Below, piece by piece: positions 1 to 11,617 of a stretch of 64,000 nt of DNA. The translations under genes and the position numbers were made by a program. Each line of letters begins with the position of its first letter. The first letter of the stretch is position 1. Location of the stretch: positions 124,001-188,000 of the forward strand of contig JAPETS010000023.1 in the NCBI GenBank assembly GCA_026023565.1. The letters are read 5' to 3'. The notes under the pieces are model-generated. The model searched no databases. It was not told the origin of the DNA and saw only the letters and a list, made by a program, of their open reading frames with translations. This DNA is from Cirrosporium novae-zelandiae. Lineage: Eukaryota.

Positions 1-1491
1 CTAGGACGGGCTTGACATTGTGGCACGCTTTGGTTTTGGGTTTATGTACGATTTTCTTGATTTGAGCTCACCCTACTAGCTTTGACGAGATAACTACTCC
101 AGTTATTTTTATTTTACCGAGTTGGTATATGATCATGCCGGGAATGTCAGTAGCGATCAGGAAAATTTAATCCATACTTGTGATTTTATTTGATCAAAAT
201 TTTTGTGTAGCTACTTGCTAGTACCAGGTCACACAGCTACTTACGTGTGGGTAGTTTTCATATACCTTATGTATATGATTGTCGATCAGAATTCGGATAT
301 TCAAAGGTTCTTATGCATCGACTATTTGGTTAGAGATCGTTAAGACCCCCTTGTCCGTTGACTTTTATCATATTATCCTGACCCAAGAGGTTGCTTTCTA
401 CTTTCTCGCTCTCTTGAAAACCAGGCCTTTCGTACTTAAACTGAGTCCTCCCCCATCTTTCTTCTACTCTTCAAATAAGCCTTTTGAGTATCACTTTGCT
501 TCCGACATATCACTACACGTAATGCCGCATCACAACTTCACATCATCTTCCCTTCCATTCTCACTACTAACATTCGCATAATACTCCCAGTTCTTGGTAG
601 GCTCGGAGGTAGAGGAACAGGAGAGGGTACTGGCCCCAGAGAACGGGATAGGTGAATATAGTTTATAGGGGAGAGGAAACTCAATCTTTAGAAGTATCCC
701 AATTTCAGAAACCAAAGTTATGTGATTTCCGACAACATCCTAGAGGGGCTTTCGAGCAAGATGAGGTTTAGAATCAGATGAGCTTCCCATAGAAACCGAC
801 TTTTCATGTGAAATACTAGGAGGTCTCTAGGTAACATGAAGCGGCCGGTTGCTTTGTTTGAAGCCTAGATACCACTTTCATGAGGAATAATCAGTTAGTC
901 CTTTATTAGTATTTCATTCAATGTATGTTTTATAAATGCAAAGCCAGCAGATAGACAGATTTGGGGGTAATGGTAGGAGGTATAGTCTCTCCCTAGGTAG
1001 TTAGTAGACGGAGGTGGAAATCATTCTTCACTTCTATCACAACGGTTTGGTGCTAACAAGATGAGGGTGTCGAATTCATGAGAATAAATATGTTGTCTAA
1101 TTGAGATTATTCCAAGGAGATCACTTCATATCACGAAACAAGTCAATCCCCACTTGTTCTTTTTTCATCATCACCTTCAACTGGTGAATTGTCAACAGCT
1201 TTGATCGCTTAGCCATCCAAATAAAGAATAGCGTAGAATTTCCCAGGACAGGAGCATCGTCCGAAAATCAAAAGTCCAACTTGAGAACAACTCTCTAAGC
1301 ACATCCACGTCGCCTTCTTCAGATTCTCAATCTTCCACTTCTCTTCTTAATAATATCCTCCTGGTTGGCGTTGGTTCACGGTTGATTCGAGCTTACGACA
1401 ATTATCCCAACACCCATATTCTGTGCGAACGTTCTTAGACCTTCTGGCCTAATAGCCGCTCTCACCTCAACATCTACCTCACACCAGACTC

Positions 1492-3873
1492 ATGGCTTCT
1501 GTACGTTTTTCTCTCTGGTCTATTCATAAAATACTGCAGAGTTTCTCAAGAGCTCGCTGTTTGAGGATTCAGGCTAACCCGTTTAGTATTCAAATCAGCC
1601 TCGCCCTCTTGCTTTCAACAACCCAGGCTACTTACCAAACGGCGCATCGGGAACGCCAGCTCCTGGTGCTACACCTCTTCTACCTAACAATGGTCGCGTG
1701 ATTCAGAGCAATGGAGCTAGGGTTCTTTGTGTAGCTGATGTTCGGGGTGTGCTGATATGCTCCTTGTGAAGATGGTAACAGAAAGCTAATCAAGTGTGCA
1801 GGGAATCTCAAGTCACTTAACGATCTGGCTGAGCAAGCACGTGCGGACTATATTCTTCATACTGGCGACTTTGGTTTCTACGATGAGAGCTCCCTTGAAA
1901 GAATAGCCGAAAAGTAAGCCTATTGAATATTGAAAGTTGTGAATATGCGAATTTAATAAATGTGCTTTATCAGGACCCTAAAACATGTTGCTCAGTACTC
2001 GCCACTATTACCAGATCATGTCAAGCGATCAATTGCACAGTCTCCACCAGGTCAAAGCATAAAAGGCCGCTTTCCTGCAGAAAAATTACCCCTCTCCGAG
2101 CTGCCTCTATTCCTCAATAAGTCACTCAACCTCAGGGTACCAGTATACACAGTCTGGGGTGCTTGTGAGGATGTCCGTGTTCTAGAAAAGTTCAGGTCAG
2201 GAGAATATAAGGTTAATAATTTGCACATCATTGATGAAGCGAGCTCACGGCTACTTGACGTTGGCGGGGTAAAGCTCCGCCTTTTGGGACTGGGGGGTGC
2301 TGTTGTCATGCATAAATTGTTTGACAATGGTGAAGGAAAAACAACCATTGCGGGTGGCCAAGGCACCATGTGGACTACCTTGCTTCAAATGGGTGAACTG
2401 GTGGATACTGCAAATCGTGTCTACGACCCAACAGAAACTCGGATCTTCGTCACACATGCGTCACCTGCCCGAGAAGGCCTCCTGAACCAGCTTTCCGTCA
2501 CCTTGAAGGCCGACTTTTCCATCTCCGCCGGTCTTCATTTCAGATACGGTAGCTCCTACAATGAATTCAGCGTGAATCCGACTTTGGACCATTACCGTGG
2601 CAAGCTAGCTGCCTCGAAAGCTTCTTTCACAGATGTATGGGAGACCGTCAAGTCTGAAGTTGAACCAGCAGTTTCCCAGAACGAAGCTCAAAAGACTCTC
2701 CTTGATAACGCACTAGATATCGTGAATAAGATGCCCACGGTGGCTAATGGCGGAAATCCTTTCGGCGGGCCTGTCAGCGTTGCAAACGCAGGTGGTCAAG
2801 TGGACGAGAGCGCTTTCAAGAACATGTGGAATTTCAATCTCGCCGACGCCGCCTTTGGATGGCTTGTTCTCGAGGTTGAAGGGGGAAGGATTGGGACAGA
2901 AATGAGAGCGCAGGGCTTTAACTTTGCTCATCGTGGAGGGAAGCCAACAGCTACGCAAGCCACTCCAACCGCCACGAGTGCTGTGGCCAGTCCAGCAGTT
3001 AGTGCATCGGCAAGCTTTGGTGTACCCACACGTACTCCTTCTGCCCCTGGCGCTCCTCCTGTCAACCACACCCAGCAGCAAACACACACTCAATCTGCAC
3101 CTCAATCCCAACAGCCTAAACCAGCTGCTGCTCCGGCCAGGACCAACGGCTCCCCTGTACCAGCCGTTCCTAACCAAGTGAAACCTGCGACCCCTCAACC
3201 ATCTAGTACCGGGATTAACGCTCCTGCTGCTGCCGATAAATCAGCAACCACCTTACAAGTGAAGGATTCCCGCAATGGCAACACTCCAGCCCCCAAACCA
3301 GCAGACCTTGCCTCAGCAACAAAGATGGACTCCCCTATTGAGAATAAGAAACCGGTCACATCATTATTTGTTTTGAATATGGATTCAGAGCAGGGAGTGC
3401 GAGACTCCTTCCCTGAAGACCAGAAATCAAAGATCTCAAAAATCGAAAAATACGGCATGGGAGGAAAATATTTTGTGGTGCACTTCGAGACACATGAGCT
3501 AGCCAAAGAGGCACTAGATGCTTTCAAAGCCCAGAAGGAACCCCAAAAGGCAAATGTAAAGTGGTTTGAGGACCGAGGAAGCAGCCAGCGTAAATATCCT
3601 GCTAGAGATGGTCAAGGACATGGGGGCGCAGGGACTTGGCAAGCCAGCAATCGAGGTCCAAACTCGTACCGGGGAGGCTATCAGAGTGGAGCGAGTGACA
3701 GTGAAGGTGGCCGAAGGGGTGGCTTTGGGGGCCGTGGCCGTGGAAGAACTGACCGTGGTGGCCGGGGCGGTAGAAGTGGTAGAGGGAATTTCACCAGGGG
3801 GGGTGACGGTGACGGAACAACTTCTTCACCTGCTCCTACCTCATCAACCCCTGCACCTACAGCATCATCCTGA
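1492..3873 (+). CDS. Calcineurin-like metallophosphoesterase-fold protein (DUF2433-type) with P/Q/T linker, degenerate RRM and RGG tail; 4 exons
   Basis: Introns 1501-1586, 1747-1801 and 1914-1973 (GT-AG) join MAS-YSNQ...RVLCVADVRG-NLKSLN...ILHTGDFGFYD...EK to the 637-aa ORF. Motifs: VADVRG, HTGDFG, WGACED, THASP, SAGLHF. C-terminus has SLFVLN...FVVHF and GGRGRGR repeats. Confidence 0.85.
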
Positions 3874-4617
3874 GCGATATTTTCTCAGCAACTTTCGGTT
3901 GTATCAATCCGCTAATGCAACTGCGTACTCCCTTATGTGTCAAGCTTGAACATTCATGAATAGAATTTAAAGCTGTCACATTAGGGGTACTCTCCTCAGT
4001 TGCCAATATCAACCAACCAGCAGTTTTGTGAATGTTCTCCTTCTAAGGGCTAATGGCTTGTTCCAGCTTTATGCTCTCTCAAGCGTGATCCTTCCAGCAA
4101 TGCTCGACCACTCCCTTTTCTCGTTTGTCTTTTATTCCATAATAGAGTATAGTTCTTACGTGGATATCGGTAACTGACAGGCATTGACGTGTGTTGGTTG
4201 TACCGCTTGACAATGGGAACTGTGTTATCTTACTCGAGGGGGACTCAAGAGGCTACCATCTTCTATTTTCCTTTTTAACTAGCTTCTTGTTATCAAAATC
4301 TTCCGTGTACGCTAGTTGAAGAAAAGCGCTTCGGTACTTAGCAGGGAATGTGGACAAAAATATGACCAAAAAAATACCCCTTAGCCTGATGATCAGTAGT
4401 TGATTATGCTCCTTTTTCCTAACTTTTAGAGTTCGGTAAAGAGACATTCATTCCTCCTTGTGGCCTTACTTGTATTTGCGCAGTATAAGGGTGTCACCAA
4501 TTAGCTTCTCCGAAAGTGGCTATTCTTAGCGAAAGCTCCGGAGTCAGGAACCTCAGCTATTAGCACTTTGAATGTTTTTTTTTTGGCAATTCGAATATTA
4601 CTGCCTCCCTCTCAAAC

Positions 4618-5955
4618 ATGAAGTTTCTGATCTCAACCATGCCCGCAGTAGGACATGTGAATCCATTCCAGCCCCTCGCAGCTGCGTTGATCCAAGGCGG
4701 CCATGAAGTAGTCTGGCTAACAACGGAATCCTTTCGAGCTTTGGTCGAACAGTCTGGGGCTACATTCGCACCTATGAAACGAACCCCGGATTTTGAAGAG
4801 ATTCCCATCCAACCAGATGATGAAGACAGCAGTAGTAGTAGCAGTAGTGGTGGTTTATCAGCTGCCGTATCGATAATGCGAAGGCTTTTCATCGATCGGA
4901 TTGAAGGGCAGGTAGCTGACTACCAGGAGGTTCTGAGGACCTTTCTGGCCGACGCCCTCGTCGTCGATATGTGCAGCCTGGGGGCACACACGCTGCGCGA
5001 CCTTGGTGGACCTGTTTATGCTACGGTTGGCATCAACCCGCTGGTGACGCCGGATCCAGAGATCCCCCCCTGGGGCGCTGGGACTATGCCTCCTCAAACC
5101 ATGTTCGGGCGGCTTCTTAACAGGCTAACTCATTTCATAGGCAGCCTTTTATTTGATCCCAAGGTTATGCATCTCATCAATGTCAAGCGCGCGCTCTTCC
5201 ATCTCCCTCCTCTTCCTTCCGGTGTCCGTTTCGACAGCGTCCTCCGCTCTTCCGCCCTTCATATCATGCCAACGACGCTGGCGTTCGAATATCCTCGTCG
5301 TAATCTCAGTCCTCAAATCCGTTTTGTTGGGCCTCTGCTTCCCCTACTTCCTGACTCGTTCGAGACACCGACGTGGTGGCCATCGATTGCCACCCCCTCC
5401 CCACCCAAGAAAACAGTTATATACGTAACCCAAGGCACCTATGCTAACACGCCAACGAACCTCATCCTCCCTACCATTCGTGCTCTCTCGGCCAACGAAT
5501 CAGTCATTGTGATTGTCACCACCGGCCCCACCACTCTCTCCGTCGACCCGTTGCCTACAAACGTTTACGTAGCAAACTATATTCATCACTTTTACTTGCT
5601 GCCCCATGTGGATTTAATGATCACCAATGGGGGTTACAATGGCGTCCTTTCTGCTCTCTCGTATGGCATCCCGCTCATTTGTGCCGGCAGATCAGAAGAC
5701 AAAGCAGACGTTAGCGCTCGAGTCGCATGGAGCGGAGTGGGAATAGATCTTCGCACGGATAATCCAACCGACGATATGATCAAAGGGGCGGTAGAAAAAA
5801 TCCTGATGGATGGCAGCTATAATGAGAATGCGGAAAGGATTAAGCAAAGTTTCAAGAGTCATGATAGTGCTCGTGAAGGGTGTTTGTTGCTTGAAAGGTT
5901 GGTGGATGATGAGAACCCGACTATTGTGACAAGAGTCCCACAATTTACGGACTAA
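4618..5955 (+). CDS. UDP-glycosyltransferase, GT1 family (MGT/YjiC-like phenolic or xenobiotic glycosyltransferase), intronless
   Basis: 445-aa ORF with N-terminal PAVGHVNP (catalytic His), YVTQGT, and the UDP-sugar signature LLPHVDLMITNGGYNGVLSALSYGIPLICAGRSEDK. Confidence 0.92.
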   Translation: MKFLISTMPAVGHVNPFQPLAAALIQGGHEVVWLTTESFRALVEQSGATFAPMKRTPDFEEIPIQPDDEDSSSSSSSGGLSAAVSIMRRLFIDRIEGQVADYQEVLRTFLADALVVDMCSLGAHTLRDLGGPVYATVGINPLVTPDPEIPPWGAGTMPPQTMFGRLLNRLTHFIGSLLFDPKVMHLINVKRALFHLPPLPSGVRFDSVLRSSALHIMPTTLAFEYPRRNLSPQIRFVGPLLPLLPDSFETPTWWPSIATPSPPKKTVIYVTQGTYANTPTNLILPTIRALSANESVIVIVTTGPTTLSVDPLPTNVYVANYIHHFYLLPHVDLMITNGGYNGVLSALSYGIPLICAGRSEDKADVSARVAWSGVGIDLRTDNPTDDMIKGAVEKILMDGSYNENAERIKQSFKSHDSAREGCLLLERLVDDENPTIVTRVPQFTD

Positions 5956-8622
5956 TTACTGGGGAGAAAACACCAAGGAAATAGAATTGTAAAGAGATAA
6001 AGTGTCTTGAATATTTAGATTTATTTGCTCGACGGGAGGCAGAGGATCTAAGCTCTACTCAAATGAACCGATGAGTTGGGTCATCGTCATTCTGGCTAGC
6101 AGATGGAACGTCATGGTCGACTCTTGAAATTACCTTCAACGACTGTAAAGCATCGATACAGTTCTTTCTCCTTAGCTGGGATGATCTCCGGCGTATCGGT
6201 TGCCGGATTTCGAATTGATAGTATGTGCGCACGGTCCAACTTCTGTTTCAACGCTGCTCCGACCCCCAAAGCCCAGGGTGGAACAGAGACTGTGGTTATA
6301 TAGCCGTTAAATGAATCAACTATTCGCTCATTTTGAAGGCTTGTCCGAAATGTTAAATCTGAAAAATAAACTATCACCAGATACTGATTCGAGTCAAAGT
6401 TTCATTCTGTTTGAAAGTGTTTTTTTTTAACGTGAATTAATAATTAGTGAAATTTGTATCCTATAACGCCATCATTTTTCGATTTTATTCTCCGGCCTAA
6501 CGACTGTCACCTTTTCGAGACCTGATTTGCAAGTGACTTGCAACATTGACAGCAGACCCCCTAGGTTTTTTCAACGCCAACGTCCTGAAATCTTCGTCAG
6601 CTTACTGCTGAGGTATCATGGATTTCTCGGGTGGCTTGTATGACTGAACGACTGCAATTATTATATCATCAAACTGTCTTTTATTGGATCGCATTTTTTG
6701 TCCTTTTCGAGATATCGTCCATGATACTCGCCCTGAAATCCAGATATGGAAATGAAACGGATAGCAAACCAAGTGTGAATCCCGAAAACAACTTAAAGAG
6801 TCTTGATAAAGACCCGTTACATGTGAGGTCTGCACATTAATAGAAAGGAAGGTGCCTGGCATTGTCACTCGTTAATATTTGGAGAATGATATCTGGGGAT
6901 GACAGGCTGCATTTACCTACATTAGTATTCGAGTGATAACACCAGGATAATAGCTGATGTCATTGTGAGTGTGCTTAATATCTTCTTGAGGATTCATCGA
7001 ATCCCTATCAGGGATCAAAGGCTATCATTTGGAATTCTATTTTGTTTAGCAGTCTCCAAGAGTTTTTTTTTTCTCTGTGACTTTGTTCCAGACGCCGTGT
7101 TTGCCTTTAATTGGTATCGTTGCACACACTGTCCACACTTATCTTTGTGCTTGGTATTTCTTTTCAAGTGGACGGATGTCATTTATTCAGCTCTCTCGGG
7201 TCGATTCAAACGCCAGCCTCGAGGTGGTTCGACCTAGCTCCTAGATGATAGTAGATCTCTCACAATACTCGTTAGACTTCTATGCCAAGTTTGCCCCATG
7301 ACGGTTCCACATGGATCCTAGGATAAGCTAGATGATGTTGACAAATACGCAACATCAGCTCGTATGTTTATCCATCAGGCCGTCTTACCAGAGCTTTTCC
7401 TGATCCGGGCAATAAAAATCCTCGAAGTGCACGTGGAGACTTTTCCATAAGTATTTGGTATGCTTTTCGGCCTATTGAAAACGGAAAACTCGCTACCAGC
7501 TGCTTGGCCGGGCAAACGAATGTCAGGGGCGTCCGTAGCATTGTATATTCTCTATTACCTGATTGGTAAGAATAGGTTGGATTGAACCCAGATATGAAGG
7601 CAACTAACTGTCCATGCAATCTTTAGCGGTTCTCTTTAGCTATCACTTGCAATCAACATTTGCATGCCAGGGGTTCATACAATTCACACCCAAAATCTTC
7701 CAAACAGTGTTGGAAACAAGGCATATATGGTTATTGGGCGAGGTCAGCTAGTTCAAAAACTCAGAGACTAAGTCCCTATCACATCTAAATTCTAGGGAAT
7801 CATTATCCTTTCCCCTTTAATCTAGAGATAACGGGGTGCATTGAAGAGCACTAGAGTCTTGCATTCGAGACCCTCTGGAGATTTGCGCATAGCTAACTAA
7901 TTTTTCATAGGTTGTTTCAGATACTAGGCTCGATGGCAAAGGGTGCCTAAGTCTAGCCCCATCACTCTGATGACAAGGGTGGGTAACGCAATTGCAAATC
8001 TGGACCTATCATTGGTTGTTATCAGCATAGTCTTCACGGCTCCTTTCTTCAGTATCGAAAGGACGTGGCATAGAGAATCTATACTTGAATAAACTGGATA
8101 AGGGAAAGACCGGGATTCTTTCTTTCATCTGTGTACCATCAGAGGAGAAGCTAAAGTCCTTGATAATACTAAGTGGATAGATTGATATCAGTATGATTGA
8201 CACCCTCGAGACGAGTATAAGATTTTGAGACAGACATGTCACTATGGACACGAGAACACTTTTCTCTAAGATTAGTAGTAGCCAATATCCCTCATACGCA
8301 CATGGCACATGTACTGTACCTCCAAAGTAATTCGTCTTATGGATAGGGTTTTTTTTCTTAATCGCAATGGATTCTTTATATGGAAGTATCTGAACGGTCG
8401 GAATAGGTTCCGGGAATCATTCCGATACTCTTGTTGAAAAATAGAAGCAACATTGGCATCGTCGTCTTTGGTCATACTGACTCGTCACTCTCGGATGTGA
8501 AGGTGACGAAAACTACATCATGTCCTGCGGGTGGCAATATGAACCACGAATAGAAATTCACTTGGGGCATATTGACCCGAGTAACATTAACGGGGAAGCA
8601 CGGCGCAGGCAGAGGATTTCTT

Positions 8623-8743
8623 TTGTTATTGCTATTGTTATTGCTATTGTTATTGTTATTGTTATTGTTATTGTTATTGTTATTGTTGTTGTTGTTGTTG
8701 TTGTTATTATTATTATTATTATTGTTGTTGCTGTTGTTGCTGC
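8623..8743. repeat. Compound trinucleotide microsatellite (ATT/GTT/GCT)n
   Basis: About 120 nt of ttgttattgctattgtt...gttgttgtt...tattattatt seen directly. Confidence 0.95.
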
Positions 8744-11587
8744 AATTTTGTAAGGGAGTGGCAATAGGTTCGTAATTGATGTGGAAGCAAAAATACTGGA
8801 AATGCTTAGATGCCTTAAGACCGAAACTATCGGACAGGCTCGGCTCTCTAAAAAAAGGTTATGAAATTATCTCTTTCTTTCTATAAAGACGATGACTATG
8901 GTGGTAATTAAAGTAAAAATAGACCCCTTAAATGAGAGCATAAGGTGCTGATCTCACCTCAGCCACGAGGGATTTGGGTGAGTTGTTCGTTGGTTCGGGA
9001 ATGCGGCTACTAATAACAAAAAGCACTTAACTTACTTACCTTGATGGAATCGAGTTATGTGACTGTTTATCTCAATAAGTTTGAATGTTGTCAATGGTCC
9101 TTCGGGAGATTACATTTCGAGTAGTCATGATCCGACCGATTCGAGGGGCTGAAAAATCTAGTGGAGGCTCGTGAGGCTTCACGGGGTCCTACCTTGTTTG
9201 AACTGCTGATGATTCTACTTTCTATTATTTCTCTAATCTCTCTCTTAGTATCTTTTTAACCTTTGGATTTTCTATGATTTGGAAACTTCCATAGTTCACC
9301 GCCATCAGTCGACCAACACAAAGCTCGGGAATAAAGAAAGGTTTCGCGGGGAACAGGAGGGCGGAAAGGAAGCGACCCTACATGAATGTATTTTAGTATT
9401 ATGCAGGGTAGACTTGCCTTTGAACATTTGTAAAGAATCCAGGGATACAAATAATTGTTTCCCAATAGGGTACTGCAGAACGGCTGGAAAATAAGTCGTA
9501 TGGTTTTTAGGGAAATTTGACATTTATTCTTATCACAATCATCATCAGCTTCTAGGCTTTCCTTTTGCCCCACCAGCTTTTTTTTTGGTTGGTGAGATGT
9601 AATATGGGGAGAAAAGGCTTTACAAGGCTACAAAGAGACCGTTGGGGGCGGTGTTTGCGTAGGAAAATGGAGACTAATCCCATGCTCCCAAACCGAATCC
9701 GGGGATAGTTGATGAGTTGTTGATTTAATATGACGATGAGATGCTATTTGCGGCGTGCATGCTGTCCCCAGTGCTGGGCTTTCCGGAGAATTCATGGGCG
9801 ATCTAGTAGGAAGGGCGCTAATCTGGATGTTGTGCATGGTAGACGTCGGCAGGATGTCTCTCCGCAATTACTATCAGGACCATTTCTCATACATTGTTGA
9901 CCGCCAGGAATGAGGGAGGGAGAGCTGAAAACGGAGGTGCGGATTGTGTGTGAAGAATGAGGCAGGGTATATGGTACGATAGAGGTCGAGCTGATGGGGA
10001 AAAGGAAGCACGGGAAGTAAAGCGAGCATGACGTGAAGATGTTTTGGAGTTGTAAAAGCAAAGTCTCGGTAGTGCCGAGGGATAAGCTTCAAGGACCCCA
10101 AGAGCTCCAAGGGCTGTCCAAGGGCTCCAAGGGCTGTTAAGATGTTCAAAATAGGTCAAGTTCGTTCAAGCTTTCCAGATCCAAACATCCAAAACTATCA
10201 ATCGGACGAATAAGCGAACCGGGCAGCGGAGCAAAGATTGTCCTTGCTTACGGTCCTTGAATCCCACCGTAGCACCCGTGGACCTTCAGCCGGCGCATCT
10301 AATATGTATACTATCTGCACACTATCTATCCTTTAGCATGGCATTAATGATCCCATGCTGTATAATATCAAATCACAATCAACAATTCCCCTGCGCCCCT
10401 TGTTATGCCCTTGCTTTCATCATGCCTTTGCTGGTTGTTTTCTTGGTGATTTCTATCCAACTCTAACGCCGGCCCCCAACTTTTCAGAGTCATTGATTAT
10501 TACAACCGTTCGAGTACCTCCGCATTCCGCTTCAAATCATGCATACAAAGTACATGAAATACATACGATATAGGACAAATCCAGCCGCCTGTCGGAAAGG
10601 GCAATTTGTCCGATGGGAAATTCCAACGTCGAGTCGGGGAAACGTTCTCCGGGAAGATGGCCTGAAGAACCAAGCGGACAGGGATAAGTGTCGGGTCCTC
10701 GCGCCTGTCTATTTCCCAGGCTCCCAGGCAAGTCTGCCTTGTTTAAGGATGTCTCTTAATATTTTTTTGTTTTTGTTTTTTTTTTACCAGGGGTGGAGAT
10801 TCCGGTGCCCTCGCTTGGTAAAATAGGTAAAATTGGCCAGGTTCAAAGATGATGCACTGACAGGAGTTTGGACGGCCTTAGATGGTCTGGGTGGGAGCAC
10901 TGCCAGTCTATGGTCCGAACTCACCCAGGCCTCCATGCTCATGACCAGGATCATAACAACTAACCGTAGTTAAGTTAGAAATTACCAAAGCCCACCGTTG
11001 ATCTAAGAGACTAGAAGACTAGTAGACTAGGTAAAAAAAAGAGAAGAAAAAAAACAAAAACAAAAAACCACCTTGGACTGACCCCTTAGTGGAGAACTTT
11101 GCTGGGGTTATTTTTTTTCTGTTCTTTGTAACTTGAGTGATTACAGATTCGGAAATTTTTAAAACCATCTCGCAGAGATTACCAAAAAGAGCTAGTGATG
11201 GATTACTGTTCACGGAACATAAATAGGAATAGATCAAAGTTAGTAGCTATCTTATTTGACCCCGATAGACGTCAATCATCTCGTCAATGAAGTTGTATAG
11301 TGTACTAGCCCTACAAGCTATTTCCATGCTGTTGATGGCGACACGATTATTCAGCCGCACTTTAGTGTCAAGCATTTTGTACCTTAAAGTGTATTGGGAA
11401 GGTGATTAAGGAAAAATAAAATCAAATGGTGACAGAGTATGACAAAATTGATGAATGACAAATTCTCTTGTAAACTCTGTCAATTTGTAGTTGGTTCGGA
11501 CCATCGTAATTACTTATGACCGACTGACCGAAGTTACCAAAAGGTTACCAAGGTTTTTTTCCTTGAAGATCCATAACCGCACACAAA

Positions 11588-11617
11588 CGGTACAGCGGTA
11601 CAGCGGTACAGCGGTAC
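11588..11617. repeat. Short tandem repeat (CGGTACAG), ~3.75 copies
   Basis: cggtacag cggtacag cggtacag cggtac. Confidence 0.8.

Noticed and set aside
279..715. Short ORFs and a possible RIP-degraded reading frame at the window start
   Set aside because: No recognisable motif, and stop density in the extended frame is no lower than random.
8520..8775. Poly-Leu/Ile/Val/Thr ORFs resembling transmembrane peptides
   Set aside because: They are translations of the trinucleotide microsatellite.
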